The position numbers and the translations under genes are program-made. The notes beneath the pieces are model-generated. The model had not been told where the DNA came from and did not search any database. It saw only the letters and a program-made list of their open reading frames with translations. A DNA stretch of 63,643 nucleotides, counting the filler, from Choristocarpus tenellus KU-1152 (lineage: Eukaryota; Protista; Phaeophyceae): assembly GCA_964200185.2 (NCBI GenBank). It is 12 parts of 12 records of this genome, joined end to end, with 100 filler letters (N's around TTAATTAATTAA, not from the genome) between each part and the next. Parts side by side here need not be neighbours in the genome. Positions count along the whole stretch, not along the records: positions 10,469 to 16,701 come from CAXNAD020008612.1; positions 16,802 to 21,206 come from CAXNAD020014706.1; positions 21,307 to 27,118 come from CAXNAD020009694.1; 9 more parts are not named here. The stretch is one strand, 5' to 3'. This document shows, in pieces, positions 11,088-25,558 of this stretch; the first letter of the stretch is position 1; the number at the start of each line of letters is the position of its first letter.

Positions 11088-14000
11088 ATGTCGTCGACCG
11101 ACATGTCCAAAGAGGAGAAATTGAATGCAGCCAATGAGGCGCGTAAGGAGGTGAAGGAGCTGCTGTGTCATGCAAAGGAAGGTCGACCTGATGGAGTCTT
11201 GAGGTGCAACGAACCTATTAGGCACTCTAATGAGCGAGGAGCATCAAGGATTACTGGCACTTGATACGAACCAGCTCTTATCATTTTTTCGGCTTCTAGT
11301 TTTATCGAAAATGTCCGTTCAACATGAAGATTTCACAGATAATATGTTCCCCTCATCAAGTACCCTTCATTGGTCTGTCTCCTACAGTCAAAGGACCCGA
11401 GGCACTCCGTCCTGTTGATTTGAACATCATTCTTTTCCACCGACTCCATATTACATAAAAGGTGCAGAATGTGGAACTGTCTTGGCTAGGTTGTAAGTAA
11501 GTGGTCTCTTGTATAAGTACCTGAAATATCCTACTCCACCAATTCGTTCCGTTGTCCTCAGCTTCATTAGCAAGTACTTATCCAAGCACTCCACTCCGGA
11601 TCACATCATCACGGAGGCTGACGTGCTGATCAGGTGAGGTAGGCAGCCGTGAACCCTACTGTGCCCACGTAGATATTCCATTTGCAGAGTCTGTCGGATC
11701 TCATGATTGGGCAAGGCAAGTCCCAACCTCCGCTTTGAACTACTTCTTGAATCGTCATAATGAATCTGTGCCACACCTAACAGCAATCCCTTATATGAAG
11801 TGGTTATTACGGAAGGAAAATGCCCACATAATGTGCTATCCCAAATCCCCTCCCTATGAATCATTCCAGTCATACTATCTTCTACGTAGAAATTTCTTAC
11901 TTTATGTATACTACTAGCAACATCGAGTGTATATATAGCACTACAACGCATGTCACTATGCGAACATCCTCTCCACATTATTATGTACCGCCAAATGTTT
12001 GTTCCTTGTACTCTCTCAGTATCCGTGATGGAAATGGACGAACTGCTCTACATTTTGCGGCCTCAGAGGGACATACCAGTGTTGTGGATACTATTCTGGG
12101 AAGGGCCCCAGCTGCTGTTGATGTTCAGGTGTTGTAGTAATTGTAGAGATGGAGATTGGTATGTGTATGCTGGAGGGGGTTGACAACTTGTTTGATTTTT
12201 ATCTATACTCCAGTACATATAGATACTTTGCACGTGGGTGATGCCAGAAGTGCACTGGATTGTCCTTATCTTGTCTGAACCGTTTCCATTCCTCCTTGTA
12301 TACATTATTGGAATCCTTTCCTGTGTATGTGATCTTTCCATGAAGTTCTTTTTGCCTGAACTCTTCTTGATCCTTTTGTTGCTTTTGAACTTCTGCTGTC
12401 CTTTCCGCTTGACACATTGGAGACATAGCTTAACTATTCTCCAATGAAAGTGACCCATGCCCTTCCCTACCTCCAGGACGACCGAGGCCTCACTGCCCTT
12501 GCCCTGGCCTTTATAACGGGTCATGTTACAACAGCAGGCCGGCTAGCTCAGCTTGGAGCTAATGTGAACTTGAAGGACAGTGAGAATGTGGCCCCGACAC
12601 ACAGAGCAGCTGGGCATGGGGACCTAGATGCTCTTGGCATTCTGGTTGAGCGAGGGTGTGATCTTGAAGTGCAGAGCATGGCAGGCACGCCATTGCATTG
12701 GGCTGCTGGAGAGGTGGGTTATTAGACGGGATTTAGCCGTGGTTTGTTGGTTGGTAGAATACGGTATTTTCTCAATAAGTCAAGTAGCAGAGGCCCCTTC
12801 TCTGTGCGCCATTATTAGTGTCACTACAGGCAATAATGCCATAGATGCCAGTCAACGGTGTTATGATTCCATGGGTAAGGAATGAAGTTCAACTGAGTTT
12901 AGTGTACTTTAAGAACTACTTCTAGTACTACAAAGACCTTGTAGTACGCAATTGGTATGTTTTTTTGTGTAGCTGCCCAAGAGAAACACACATGTATATA
13001 TTGAAAACACTTGCTCTCCTGGCCAATCCAACATGCACACGCCGCCCTCCACTCCTGATTGGTATGTTCTTGGGGGCTTGATTTGATCTGGGGGTCCATA
13101 TTGCCATCTCTGAAAGGGAGAGACAGCTGCAGTTGTGAAGCTTCTTGATCTTGGGGCAACGCCCGACTCTAGGAATAAGCAAGGCCTCACCCCCCTGGTG
13201 ATGGCTGTTGCAAGGGGGTGTGGGGGTGCAGCCGCCAGCCTTGTGCGAGCAGGTGCAGACACTGGGCTTGTGTTGTCAGGTGGCTCAACGGTACTGCACA
13301 TCAGTGCAGACATGGGCCTGGGCGAAGTGAGTGAAGTCAAACGCCCCTTTTAATGGAAATCCTATTCCACTCCCCACCGCTTGTTTTTCTCCCCCTCCCC
13401 TAAGGTTGTATGCCGAGCACTATTAGAGTCAGTGACACTTCATGGGCTGTCCCTGCCTCAAGTCACGGGTATTGATGTTGGTGAGCCTTTGTGGCCTCCC
13501 TCCCATGTCCTAAAAAGAGTTGTTTGAAGTCGCGTTTCCCCTGCCGCTGCCTTGCTGACTTGTCCTAGTCTGTGGAGGCGATCCTTGAGACAGAAACGGG
13601 ACGAAAGTGCGCAACTATGAAGGATCACTCTGGGCGGCTACCAGTACACCTTGCGGCTATGGGAGGACACCGAGACCTTATGGGCGTGCTCCTTCCATAC
13701 TCGGGCCTTGTGGCAGGGGAAGGAAGGAGTGTTGAGGAGGAGATGATGGAGAAGGGAAAGGTGCGTGTTGACTCTGAGAATGCCCTTACAGTTATGAAAA
13801 CACGAACTTTTCCAAGCTATTTTTAATAATAGTGAGAATTGTCTATTTCTTCTGTTTTGTTTTTATGTGCTCAATCGGCAGGGAGGGCGCTCTGGGGTGT
13901 GTTTGAGATTGGGCAAGGTTGAATGAATGGAGAATAATGTTTGAAACACAATTTATAATTCAATGTAAAGCATAGGCTGGGGATTTCCCCCCCCCCTAAT

Positions 14001-15928
14001 GTTCACTCCAATTCGTTTTTTCCTGTATAATACATGTGGTATAAGAGGATCGATGTCGTGTCCACTGCCTTGCCCGCATCCCCATCCAATGCATGACGAC
14101 TCTCTTTTTTTTTGTGAGGCATGTTTTCAAGTAAGCATACTTGAATGCTAACGTGGTGTACCTCTCTAGTGCTCCATAGGTCTCTTGCAAAGTGGTGAAG
14201 TGCTAGGTCTCCTTTTCCTCCTGATGTTACGTCCTCGATAGCTTGCACTTTTCAGTTATGGTGCACAAGGTTGTTGCCGTTCTCTTTTCTCAGAACCAGA
14301 TCCCTCCTCGGACCTGTCCCGAAATGCTGACTATCGTTGGATACAGGAATTAATGAAGGAGTACCAAGCTGAAATGGAGACTAAGGAGGCAGAAACGGAA
14401 TCGAAGACGAATGGGGCGCATGTAAGTTTCCTGCAGTTCCTCCGTACTTCTGTCGTACCAAGTACTTCGAAGGTTCGGAGTAGGGGGACCATGGTACTTT
14501 AACGTTCTATTGTACTTGGAAGTAGTACAGTAATACCAAGTATTTCGAAGGTTCGGAGTAGGGGAACCATGGTACTTTAACGTTCTATTGTACTTGGAAG
14601 TAGTACAGTAGTACCAAGTACTTCGAAGGTTCGGAGTAGGAGGACCATGGTACCTTAACGTTCTATTGTACTTCGAAGTAGTGTACAGTAGTACAGCGCT
14701 CTTGCATGAATATGGAGGCGGGGGATTATTTATAAGTGAGCTTTTTGGGGGGGTTATTGTAGAGGAGGTTTCAAGCTTATATCACTGAGTATCGGGTAGA
14801 AGTGCTGTCCTTCAGAGTACATCTCAACCTCAGACTCAGGATTATTGTTGCGCTGCTACAGTCAGAGTCCGTTTCCTCTCTGTTGCATGTCGTCTAGGAT
14901 ACCATATAGAACGAGTCTACTGTTGAGATCGATGTTGTCCAGGCTAGGAGGTTGTTTCCTCTGTAATGTAGACTGTCTGAGACAACCCAGAGACCGCTAC
15001 TTTTTTCAAGGCACGTTGGCTGCAACACTCCTCGGAACCCCTTCTTGGTATAACGAATGTGGTCCAGGACAAGACTTGGAGCTCGTTTGCTTCTACAAAC
15101 ATGTGATGTGCAGGAAAATGGGTGGAGTCTGTTTACTTTCTAGTTTTATGTTGCCCAGAAACCGATCTGTTGCCTGTAATGTGAACTTGTTGACATTGCG
15201 TAATTGGATCGTTGTGTTGTCTGAGGTGTGCAGTACTTATGAGGACTGAAGTACCATAGTTATTACTTGGGAGTACCAATAGGAAATAGTAGGTACTCTG
15301 GAGTACCGGTATAGCATTACAAGTATTCGGGAGTACCTGTAGAACATAGAAGTACCCTGGGTTACCTGTAGCATGACTAAGTACCAGTTCAACACTTGTT
15401 TGATATGTGAGTGTCCTCAGGTGAGTGTATTGATTCTGGCCCTTTCTATCCTTTGTGGTCAAAGCCTACGCAGATACAGACATGCACACACATGCACATA
15501 CACATACATGTGTGTGCGTAAGAGGCATACTCATGTACTGGTTGGCACAGTGCCAAGCTGCTATCAACAGACCTGCTTTCCTGAGTATGCGCTTTCCTAA
15601 CATCGATTGGACACTCATTCCATCTTGTGGGGGGTAATGCTTCCAGGTCAAAATTTACTGTAAAGTTGCTGTTACCGAACTGGACGGTAACAGGCGAACT
15701 ATTTAGGTGCATGTTCCCACGCCATGATAACAGCAGCAAAAATATATCTCACAGATCCCAAGGCTGCACCCAAAGTGTACAACATTTTTTAGCTTCTCAT
15801 TATTCCTATCCCCCCTCGCTTGCTTCTCTTGTACCCTCTCTCCTGCAGGTACCAAGTATGGAGGAGGAGAACACCTCCCCAGCTGAGACTCCAGAGCAAC
15901 GGAACGCTGCTATGGTGGCCAAGGACAG
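11088..15928 (+). CDS. Ankyrin-repeat protein, probably ANK+TPR; 3'-partial. Exons 11088-11203, 11562-11632, 12020-12128, 12477-12713, 13117-13326, 13569-13760, 14347-14421, 15849-15928
   Basis: Phase-consistent GT-AG exons give MSSTDMSKEEK...GRTALHFAA...GLTALALA...APTHRAA...GTPLHWAA...GLTPLVMA...GSTVLHISA...GRLPVHLAA (tandem ankyrin repeats). The last exon ends AMVAKDR, like the entry into a TPR (inferred). Confidence 0.88.
14455..14694. repeat. Intronic minisatellite, 78-bp unit x3
   Basis: Units start at 14455, 14533 and 14611 (gtaccaagtacttcgaaggttcggagtagg...). Confidence 0.95.
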
Positions 15929-17900
15929 GTGCAGGAGACCCTGACCTTGTGTGCGTACGGTGTTTGTACTGCCAACTTGTACCTTTTTTCAAGTACCTTT
16001 TTTCAATTACTGCATGTGCTGTACCTGAAAAGGATACAGAATATAATACATATAAATACTACTACTACTACTACTGTATTGATAGATCACATTAATTGGT
16101 GCAAGGTTAATTTGCAAGTGCCCTTTTTGTTGTTGTTGCACTGAGTACTTGTTTAGCATGAACTACAGAGGTTGATAGCAGGGTGTGGCACTGTTTGGTG
16201 TTGATCAAGGCTATGGAGTTGCTTTCCTGCCTGCCACACACACAGCGTTGATGTGATGATGCATGAGAAACCCCCCCTGATATAACAGGAATCTGAAGCA
16301 GCTGCGCTGCTATGAATAGTGCATGCACCTCGGGAAGGGGACCATCTGGCAAATATGAAGGCGCATATCTCTTAACCATTATATTTTTATTTTATTTTTT
16401 CTCTGAAACATATATATATATATATTTATATATATATATATATATATACGTATTTGCTAGTACCAGTGTGCAGCCAATTGGTAACATCTTGGTGATAGAT
16501 AACGGCAGCACTGACTTCGACGGAGATACTTGGTTGTACAGACCTGTCACATTCAGTGACAAAAAAAATGAAAGGGCAGCGTGCGTTATCTTCAACATTT
16601 CATTTCCTCGGGCATGTTTTCTTGTGGGTATGATGTCTATCTGCCCCAGCAGCCCCCCAGACCCCCTCCCCCCCACCCCCCCCCGCCCCCCCCCCCCCCC
16701 CNNNNNNNNNNNNNNNNNNNNNNNNNNNNNNNNNNNNNNNNNNNNTTAATTAATTAANNNNNNNNNNNNNNNNNNNNNNNNNNNNNNNNNNNNNNNNNNN
16801 NCCCCCCATCACCCCCCTTTTCTATACTTTTCTTGTTCTTGCAATTGGAAAAAATTACTTTTTTCTTTTTGTTCCAGACAAGAGTTTTTTTTTTAATTCT
16901 ACATGTTGCCATCATGCAACCAATCAAATCCAATCCCAAATTTCAAAGCCTTCCGATGGGGTACAACACGGTTCTTAAAAAGCTCATATTATTATTATTA
17001 TTAAAAAAAAACACAAAAAATACACACACAGGCACACAACATTTGCAGTATGAATTTTCCCCCTTTGAGACCAAAGACCGACCAAACCATTCTTTTTGTA
17101 AAAAACAAAACAAAAAAGTGAAAAAAAAATCATTTTCCTTACTGAGATCATCTTCGCAAAATTTTCTACTCTTCAAAAAAAAAAAAAAAAAAAAATTCCC
17201 TACCTTTTTTGTTCTTTCCAAACACACTAAAAAAAAAACGTGAACGGTTCTAAACGCCTTCTGAATGCACATTGCTTTTTTGCTTGGGAGTATGAGGTAG
17301 AGTGTTCGTTTGGAATAGGGGGGGCATGCAAGAGTGACTCAACAAGGCAGAAGAGACCTTTCTACAAGAGATACAGGCGTACCTGAAGAGACAAACAACG
17401 CCTTGCCAAGAACAGCGCACAAATCTGAGGCAGTCAATTGTCATTCGATCACTGGAACAAAATTTGTCTGCAAATATGGTCTACGTGGACCTGGGACCAG
17501 CTACATATGTATTTACGCATACATACATACATAGTATACATACATATACAATATACATACATACACACATAATACATACATACATAATACATAATACATA
17601 CATAAAACTCTCTAGAGACTATCTAGAACCCCATAACTCATGTATAGTACTTGAATAACAACATACCATGTTCTCTACTCCTTTTCTTTGTCCTCTTACA
17701 TACCCAGCGAGAGCTATCACCAAGACGTGAAGGACCAAAACGCACCTCAAAAAACTAACAAAACTACATACATAATATACATACATATACACATACATAC
17801 ATACTTGACGACCAAGCCTAAGCGAAGAGAAAAAATAAAAACAGGTCAAATTTGACGTAAAAAAAAAAAAAAAATGAACACAATCGGAGGCAACACACGC

Positions 17901-18391
17901 CTGCACAAGGGAAAACCTCCGGAGCACAAAGTCCAGAACCCCTTGGCCGTGCTCCCTCAGCATAGGGGCACAGGTGGAGCCATACAGCTGCAGGATTGTC
18001 TTTAGTCCCTCAAACACGGAGGATAGGGGCCAAGTCCCCATGCCCCTGTCACACCTCTTGTCCATGCTCGAGCACCACCTTGAAAAGAAATGAAAAAGTG
18101 GATCTAGGAACTACGTTGTCATACCAGCAGGAAGACAGGATGGGAATGGGGAGGGTTGGGGGGGGGGGGGACGAGCCTCAGCGTTATAGGGCCGAAGTTA
18201 GACTTGATATATTGATAGAGATAGTCAAGGGCAGTGTTAGGGTTAGGGTTAGGTACAAGGGGTGGCGTGTTTGGACAGACTTGTCATGGTGTGCATATTA
18301 GCACATCATACCCTTTTTCCAGAGTACCTTCTTTTGTTCCAAGATGTGGTGTTAGTATTGCGATATACTGCTCTTGCATGTTTGTATGTCG

Positions 18392-18455
<64 letters not shown>

Positions 18456-19893
18456 CTTTTTTTTTTTTAATAGATACAGTGTCTCTTGAGTGGGTGCAAG
18501 GTCTTCACTTACAGTTTGTTGTTTGTTACTATGAAACAACATCGAGACCCTCATACCGCTTTTTCCACCGGAGGTACAACAAAAGTTACCTTGGGCCTTT
18601 CACAGAATCACAGGCCAGGAACCCGACCAGCACAACCTGGTACCATGACCACAACAATCTCCCAACTGTTAGCCATACAGTGTGTATCACAATGGTTGAC
18701 ACAGTAGCATCAACGCCTTCTAGCTCTATACCACCTTAAAACCCCTGGAGATCGACGGGGTAGGTAGGGCAAGTCCCTGATCCAACAATGCAAACGGTTG
18801 ACTTGGAAGGCGTGATAGAAAGGACGGAAGCGTAGGTGTAAAAAAAATAAATGAAGCACGTTCGAAAATATATGTATTTTTTTAATTATCGTAGAAAAAA
18901 GCTTCCACGCTCTACACCCCCACCAGATAGAAGGTCTTCTCATTGGTGCAGATAAAACTACCTAAAACATATCACAAGTACGACTGAATATCACACTTGC
19001 CCTAACCCTAACCCTAACCTTAACCTTAACCCTAACCCCATTAAAACTCACTCCTATTGGAAAAACTATTAAAAAAAATTATTTGAAGCATTTTTCATGC
19101 TGACCTCCTTTAAGAGCCAATCACAAGCCTTCTTATCGGTGTACTCAAAAACGTTAAAAAAAAAAACCCCGTAAAGTGCATCATTTTTTTTTATTCAACT
19201 CTTTCGATACCTACCCCCGCAACACAAAACACGCATCCCAATTACTTTACTGTACCATAAATCTATCTAAAAAAAAATTACAAAAAAAAATGTTTGCTAC
19301 GCTTTCTCATACCCTAACCCTTCCACACCGTGCAAATCATTCCGACAGGTGAAAAAAAAAACGAAATGTAAAAAAATAACATTATCGATCTCTTTTGAGC
19401 TTAACCTCTTAAGAATGTAACAGTCACTCTTAAATTAGTACATCGAAACAGCACCCAACAACTGTCTTGTACTCACCATCTCTCCTAACCCTAACCCTAA
19501 TGCTATGATGGAATCAAATCCTACTGCTAGTGCTATTCATACATCACACCCTTGACTCCACACACATACACACAAACACACAAACACACACAACATACAA
19601 CATACACACACACATGTATCCATCTACCATACACTACAGGTTGTACCACTTCCAATCCACTTGCAATCCCCCTCCCCCATTTTTGACACTCAGGCCGCAG
19701 GTGCATAAAAAAAAATAATACTTACCTCGTGGATGTCCTTCCCATAGCCAGAGAGCAACAGCTGCAGACATCGAGCGTATCCGGCTGTCCCCCTCTGATC
19801 GGGATTGTCCTGGGTCTGCCTCAGGATGCTGAGGAGGAGATGCATCATGTTCTGGAAGAGCACCGGGGAAATATGATCGCAGTACTCTGGTAC
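17901..19893 (-). CDS. Internal exons (19726-19893, 17901-18078) of a large helical protein, probably the ATM kinase N-terminal region
   Basis: VPEYCDHISPVLFQNMMHLLLSI..ARCLQLLLSG and PLSSVFEGLKTILQLYGSTCAPMLREHGQGVLDFVLRRF resemble, in order, recalled ATM N-terminal helices (VRKYWCEIS..ARII; LNHILAAL..ELGDEILPTLL). An intermediate exon is needed for phase (candidate ~18590-18636). Confidence 0.5.
18395..18452. repeat. (GT)n microsatellite
   Basis: Pure GT run. Confidence 0.97.
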
Positions 19894-19897
19894 CTGC

Positions 19898-20158
19898 ACA
19901 ACACCCACCCACAACACACCCACACCCACGTAACACATAACACATAACACACCCACAACACGTAACACATAACACATAACACACCCACAACACGTAACAC
20001 ATAACACACCCACAACACGAACACATAACACATAACACACCAACAACACGTAACACATAACACACCAACAACACGTAACACATAACACACTCACACCCAC
20101 AACACGTAACACACCCACAACACGTAACACATAACACACCCACAACACACACATACAC
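19898..20158. repeat. Degenerate CA-rich minisatellite built from cacccacaa/cacgtaa/cacataa blocks
   Basis: Direct inspection. It explains the spurious Cys/Val ORFs here. Confidence 0.9.
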
Positions 20159-21839
20159 AGGGGGGGGTTAGGGTTAGGGTTAGGGTTTTGTTGTGATCGG
20201 GAAGAAGAAAAAGGCTTCTCACCAAACTATTCACGTGACATACATATAAATATATATAGTATCAATAAAATACTGTTGAACGTTGGGAAATATTATTGTT
20301 TTTTATTGGATAGGAACAACGCCCACCTTCTGTGTGAGGGCTAGGGTTAGGTTTTCATGCAAGATTGTACATATTTGTGCGTGCCTGGTGTGTGTGCATG
20401 TGTGTGTGTGTGGCGTAACAGTCAGGTGCATCAGTAGTAAGCATGCATGCGTACACCTCTGTTGCTTAATAATGCTTTCGTCGTATATTGTAAAAGTAAA
20501 ATGTAACAACTGTATAATGTAACTGCTTATATTTTAAAAAGGTGCCGAGGGCTACGGGTTGATTTCATTAAAAAAAAAACAATTAAGACCGGTGGATTTG
20601 TTGCAGTCTGAGTATTCAGTTACATAGAAACATAAATGCTGAACATTGATGTGTGTATCATGCACATCCATGATGATAGAGGGAACAAAACCAGCAAGGT
20701 GACCATTAACGGAGTTCAAAGGATGGATGGCGTTTGTCAACCACACTTTCCTACCTTGACATCAGAGTACTATTGCTACTAACGTTTCACTATTGCTACC
20801 AGTACTAATATTGTTGCAATTATTACTGGTAGCTGTAGCTGTAGCAGTAGCAGTAGTAGTAGTATTATTTTATTATTATTATTACAAAGTATAACAATTT
20901 CATTAAAAAGGTATGTGTGCGTGTGCGTGTGTGGTGTGGTGTGGTAAGGCAACAAGCGAGGGTGCTGTTAGCTAGGATTGGAGAAATATTTGAACGTAAT
21001 TGACATACAAGGAAGTTTTTTTTTTTATATAGTGAAAACAATGAACCCTGCATGAGAATGAGAACAATGAGAGAGGAACGGACGCTGTACTAATCGACAC
21101 TGTATAAGATCATTTACTGATGACCTTCCAATGGGGGAGGAGGGTGTTCACATTCCTTTTGTCTCTGATTACGATCGGTGGGGTAGAAAACAAAAAAAAG
21201 GGGGGGNNNNNNNNNNNNNNNNNNNNNNNNNNNNNNNNNNNNNNNNNNNNTTAATTAATTAANNNNNNNNNNNNNNNNNNNNNNNNNNNNNNNNNNNNNN
21301 NNNNNNTAATGAAACTTCACTTCTCCTGATCAAGGCCTGAATGGACACCCTGGTGTAGACCCCCCCACCCTCCCAGATACTTTGAGCCAGAAGAGGGAGT
21401 TTTACGATAAATTTACCCAGTATATTCTTGTTGTGCGGCATAAAACACCACAAAGTGCATGTGGAGAATATGTCTCTCTTGTCGCCAACTACAGTGCCAC
21501 ATGATAGCAATTATGAAGAACATTGTGCCAGATTGATATTACGTCTGTCAATGCCTTCCCTTTGCTATATTACCTAATTATATTTTGGGGCAACTAAAAT
21601 TTGAAAACTCCATTCAATTGAGCTGAACATTACAATTCTCTATAAACCAAGAATAAAAAGAGTTATGACCCTGATTCGTACTGATAAAATATATGGGCCT
21701 GAAGCAGGTGCCACCTAGGACCTACTGGAGTTGAATGGAGTTGGCGAGTAGCAGCATGGTATATTATGAGGTGTGATTGCTGGTGCAAATTCTTGCCAGG
21801 AAGAAGGACTGCAACAGAAGACATGCACAGATAGCAACA

Positions 21840-22499
21840 TCTACACAAACACAATGGCAAGAAAGTGTGGGTCACATAACATAACAGTGTATATTTGTTC
21901 TGCATCTCCCTATAACTCCTGCCCACATCTCCTTAATATTAAACGTTCATCAAGGTTGGGTGGGTACAACTTGCTCCTCCAACAAGGTCATATGAACTTT
22001 AGTATTGTACAATATGGTTGTCACTGCTTACTTCTGTCTCCAAGGTGAATACAGAACTACAATATCTACATCCGAGAGTCATAATGTGGGCAAGTGCATT
22101 GCATTTCTTATACCCCATTTGGTAAGACATCTGACAATCGCCCCATACTTCGTACATACCTCTTCAACGAAGAACAAGGGCAGGAAGCTTCTTTGCCATT
22201 ACTCGGTATGAAGACCAATGTTGAGGCACGAATACCCTGCTCCACATTTTCGAATGTGCAGCTATCAGCCCCGTAGATATCGTTGAGAAAACCACACACC
22301 ATCCTCAGGGTAGACCTGGAAGATGTGTAAAGAAAGCCCGTTCCACTCTTTGGCTCACCCCGAATCTGAATATTCTTCTCAAGCACTCCATTATCGGATT
22401 CAGGAAAAATGTCTTCACATGGCTTGCATACCTCCTTATAACCACCCCATTCTTTTCCAGGTTTGGGGGTGCTTATCTGTGCATCAACACGACTAACTC
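21840..22499 (-). pseudogene. Sulfotransferase (brown-algal type); exon 22160-22499 intact, downstream part degenerate
   Basis: 5'-PSB motif IQIRGEPKSGTGF. Downstream EQIYTVMLCDPHFLAI matches the 3'-PB RDPR motif but is mutated and bracketed by stop codons. Confidence 0.65.
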
Positions 22500-25400
22500 C
22501 TGCAGATAGTGCAATTTGGGGGTGTAGGTGGTAAGGAGGTTGGGTGAAGGAATCTTGTCAACTGTTACCTGATATATCATAAATGATTTAAAACCTTGAC
22601 AGCAAAATATTCTGTTTACAATATCATCTCCAATGCAGGATGTGTACTATATTGAGAGGATGAAATATGAGCATGCTATCTAGACCTTGTTTGGTCATGC
22701 GTAGAATTGCATCAAATTACAGTGGAGTAACGGATTTAAGGCTTGAACATGTCAAAACCTGGTGAAAAGAGCTCGTGACACAATGCACGTCTTTTTTTAT
22801 ACCCCAGGGCCTTAAGTAGTGTGGATGCAACAGAGACTGACAGAATAGGAATAGATTTGAAAAATATTCTGTAGGCAGTAAGACACTACAGTTGGAGGAT
22901 GATGGAAAAAATCTTCTTGTGCTCAGCAAGCACAGGTGGATTCCACCATGGCTGCATACAGATACAATAATGAAAGTAGAAGATATATGCCTGAGAGAGC
23001 TCTATGCCTCACTTACTGGGGTAAAAAACCACAAGTACTCATGCAAGGATATGCAACTTGAGTTCAGATCTTTGGATTGCGTTTGAGTATGACAATGGTT
23101 CTGTATACGGAGAAGAGGAGGAGTTGAGAGAAATCTGGTGAGGAAGATGGGCATGATGGATCCAGATTGGATGATTTTCCTCTTCCACTTCAATCAACTG
23201 TCGCATCTTAGTATCATGTGGCAAAGAACAGAGTCCCGAAATAGTCGAAAGGGAATCCAATTGATGACCCACTCAATAATTGATTGTTGCAATTCAGCTG
23301 TAGCTTGCTTTAACCTTTTGCTCTTACCAAATCGTATTCATCCTTCAGAGAAGGACATACATCGTAATAATATGATATTTCTCTCAGTGCATCACATTTA
23401 TGACCTTTAAATAGTAGATATCTTCTTACTTCCACCTGTCCCCAACTAGCTGTGCTTGGTGTGGACTGTTTTGTGATACTACTGTCCGTACCTTCAGGGC
23501 TCGATTGCCAATGATGCAATGTATGTCATCGTACGTCATAGAACAGGGGAGACACAGCAATAACAGCACGGTACAACAATGTCTCCAAACACGGTGATTG
23601 TAGAACAGAGTAAATTTCAGTGTAGTAGTCAACACGTACATGAGTTGACTGACCCTGATACTCCAGACTCTGATGGTCTTAGTAAGTCACTGTCGGACTA
23701 CTGCTTACCTCGATCTCCCCAGATGCCGATTGCAACAGTGAGAGAGAGGCCCGCAATTCGCATCTTCCAGTCCGGTCAAGAAGATATGTGAGACTTTCCT
23801 GTATTGAAGACGGCCCAAGATCACACACACTACAATTCTATGATATGGAAGATGGAGGTTATTGCTGCGGTAATGGCGCAAGAAGCAAGAGAATCAGCAA
23901 GGAAATACCACCTACCATAATCTTGATGTGTAAGAGGCGAATTTCGTCTTCTCGAAGAAAAAAATCAAGGACGAAAGGATATATTGCACGTGCGATGCTG
24001 TAAAAACCTAACAGAAGGGTGAAGGCTGGAGGAGTACCATCGTGCTCCTGTAAGGATGAGCGTCACCGCTCAAGTGCAATAAAATGTAGTGAGATTCAGA
24101 TAGATAAATCAAGAAGAAAGGTAGCGAAATAATCCTTTTACATTATATATATTGATGCGGTCTATGTACTTTTCCAGGCTGACATGGGGCAGTACTTCAG
24201 AGGTTATCCTTCTTGGGGAGTGGCATGTCAAGGACAAGGTCTCATGCTACGCAACCGAGATTGGCTAGAGGCGATGGTGATGCGCACCTTGAACATAATC
24301 TGTTGTGGTAATGGTTGAGAGGAAAAATAGTTCGTGGGATTATCATCGACAGGAGTGTCCTGTACAAGCAATACAGAGATAACATGAAAACCTATATTTA
24401 GAAATTAAATTTCTCTCGCCTGTCAACAAAGAAGAGTCAGTAAATTTTTCAATGACGCAGTTTACAAACTACAAATCAAACAAATTATTGTTTCATATTT
24501 CGCCTTAGTTCTATTCTATGGTCTTACCAGATGGACAGAGGTAGGGTCGACTCACCTTTTCTAGGAGCTAGAATTGTCATAGATTATCCCCTTATCGTGC
24601 ACACGACAGGGGAAGACTCGTTGCGTGGTTGAAGTTTCTACTATTTTTTCCATCTTTTTTGCGGTTTCAAAACAAAATAGGAGGAAAGAAAATTTCAAAA
24701 TATTCTAAGTTTTCAAGGAGCAGAAAGAGAATGACCCTGAAGAAATTATATTATGGAAGATGTGGTAGCCACCCTCCAACCAAGGTATCTCTTTAAAGTG
24801 CCCTTCCTTGAAAGATATACCTCAAAATTTGTTGCCTCATATGACGTCAGCATTTGCTGCTTGAAGTAAACATTTGCTTGTTGAAGTAAATATCAAGGAA
24901 AACTCTGCTTCACAAATCCTCCAGAATCTATGTGGACACAGACTTCCGGGTGGTCAACCAGTGTGTTGACCAAAAATTGATGTGAGCGGATAATCACCCA
25001 CTCAGTCAACCCTTACTGTTAACACCCCCCAGAGTGTAAATATCCCGTCAACATCGTTTACTGCTGACCTGTGAATCACACTCATCAGTACAGAATTAAA
25101 GGGAAGCAGTCGAGGATAATCGTCTGCCAAACATAGATCTTCGGAACTTGATAGAAACTTTGATTGGGGTATATAAAAGGACTGAACAAACACGTGCACA
25201 ACTGATGCACGGCATCATAGTTACGAAGTAACAAGTAAACAGCCAAGAAGTACACTAAATATAATCTAGGGCTTGAAAGTCACAATAGCGTTTATGAAAC
25301 CGCTGTTAAGACACATCACCTGTGACATGACCCCCCAGAATCAGGATGAAGTATAACTGCTTTAATGTGAAGACCAGGTCATTGGACAAGGAATTTATAT

Positions 25401-25558
25401 ATCACTCCAAAATGCATTACGAACGTAGCAGATATGAAATGAGTGTCACTTTTAAGTCCTAACATATCGGTAAGCGGTGTTGGGGATCCAGTGGAGGATG
25501 AAACCTAGAGGAAAAAGTCCCTTTCAACGTTTGCCCGGACTACAGATATACTAGTATG

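Noticed and set aside
14455-14694. CRISPR-like array
   Set aside because: Whole units repeat with no unique spacers, there are no cas genes, and it lies in a eukaryotic intron.
19634-20158. Cys-rich metallothionein-like ORFs, and similar ORFs near 18300 and 34600
   Set aside because: They are translations of GT/CA micro- and minisatellites.
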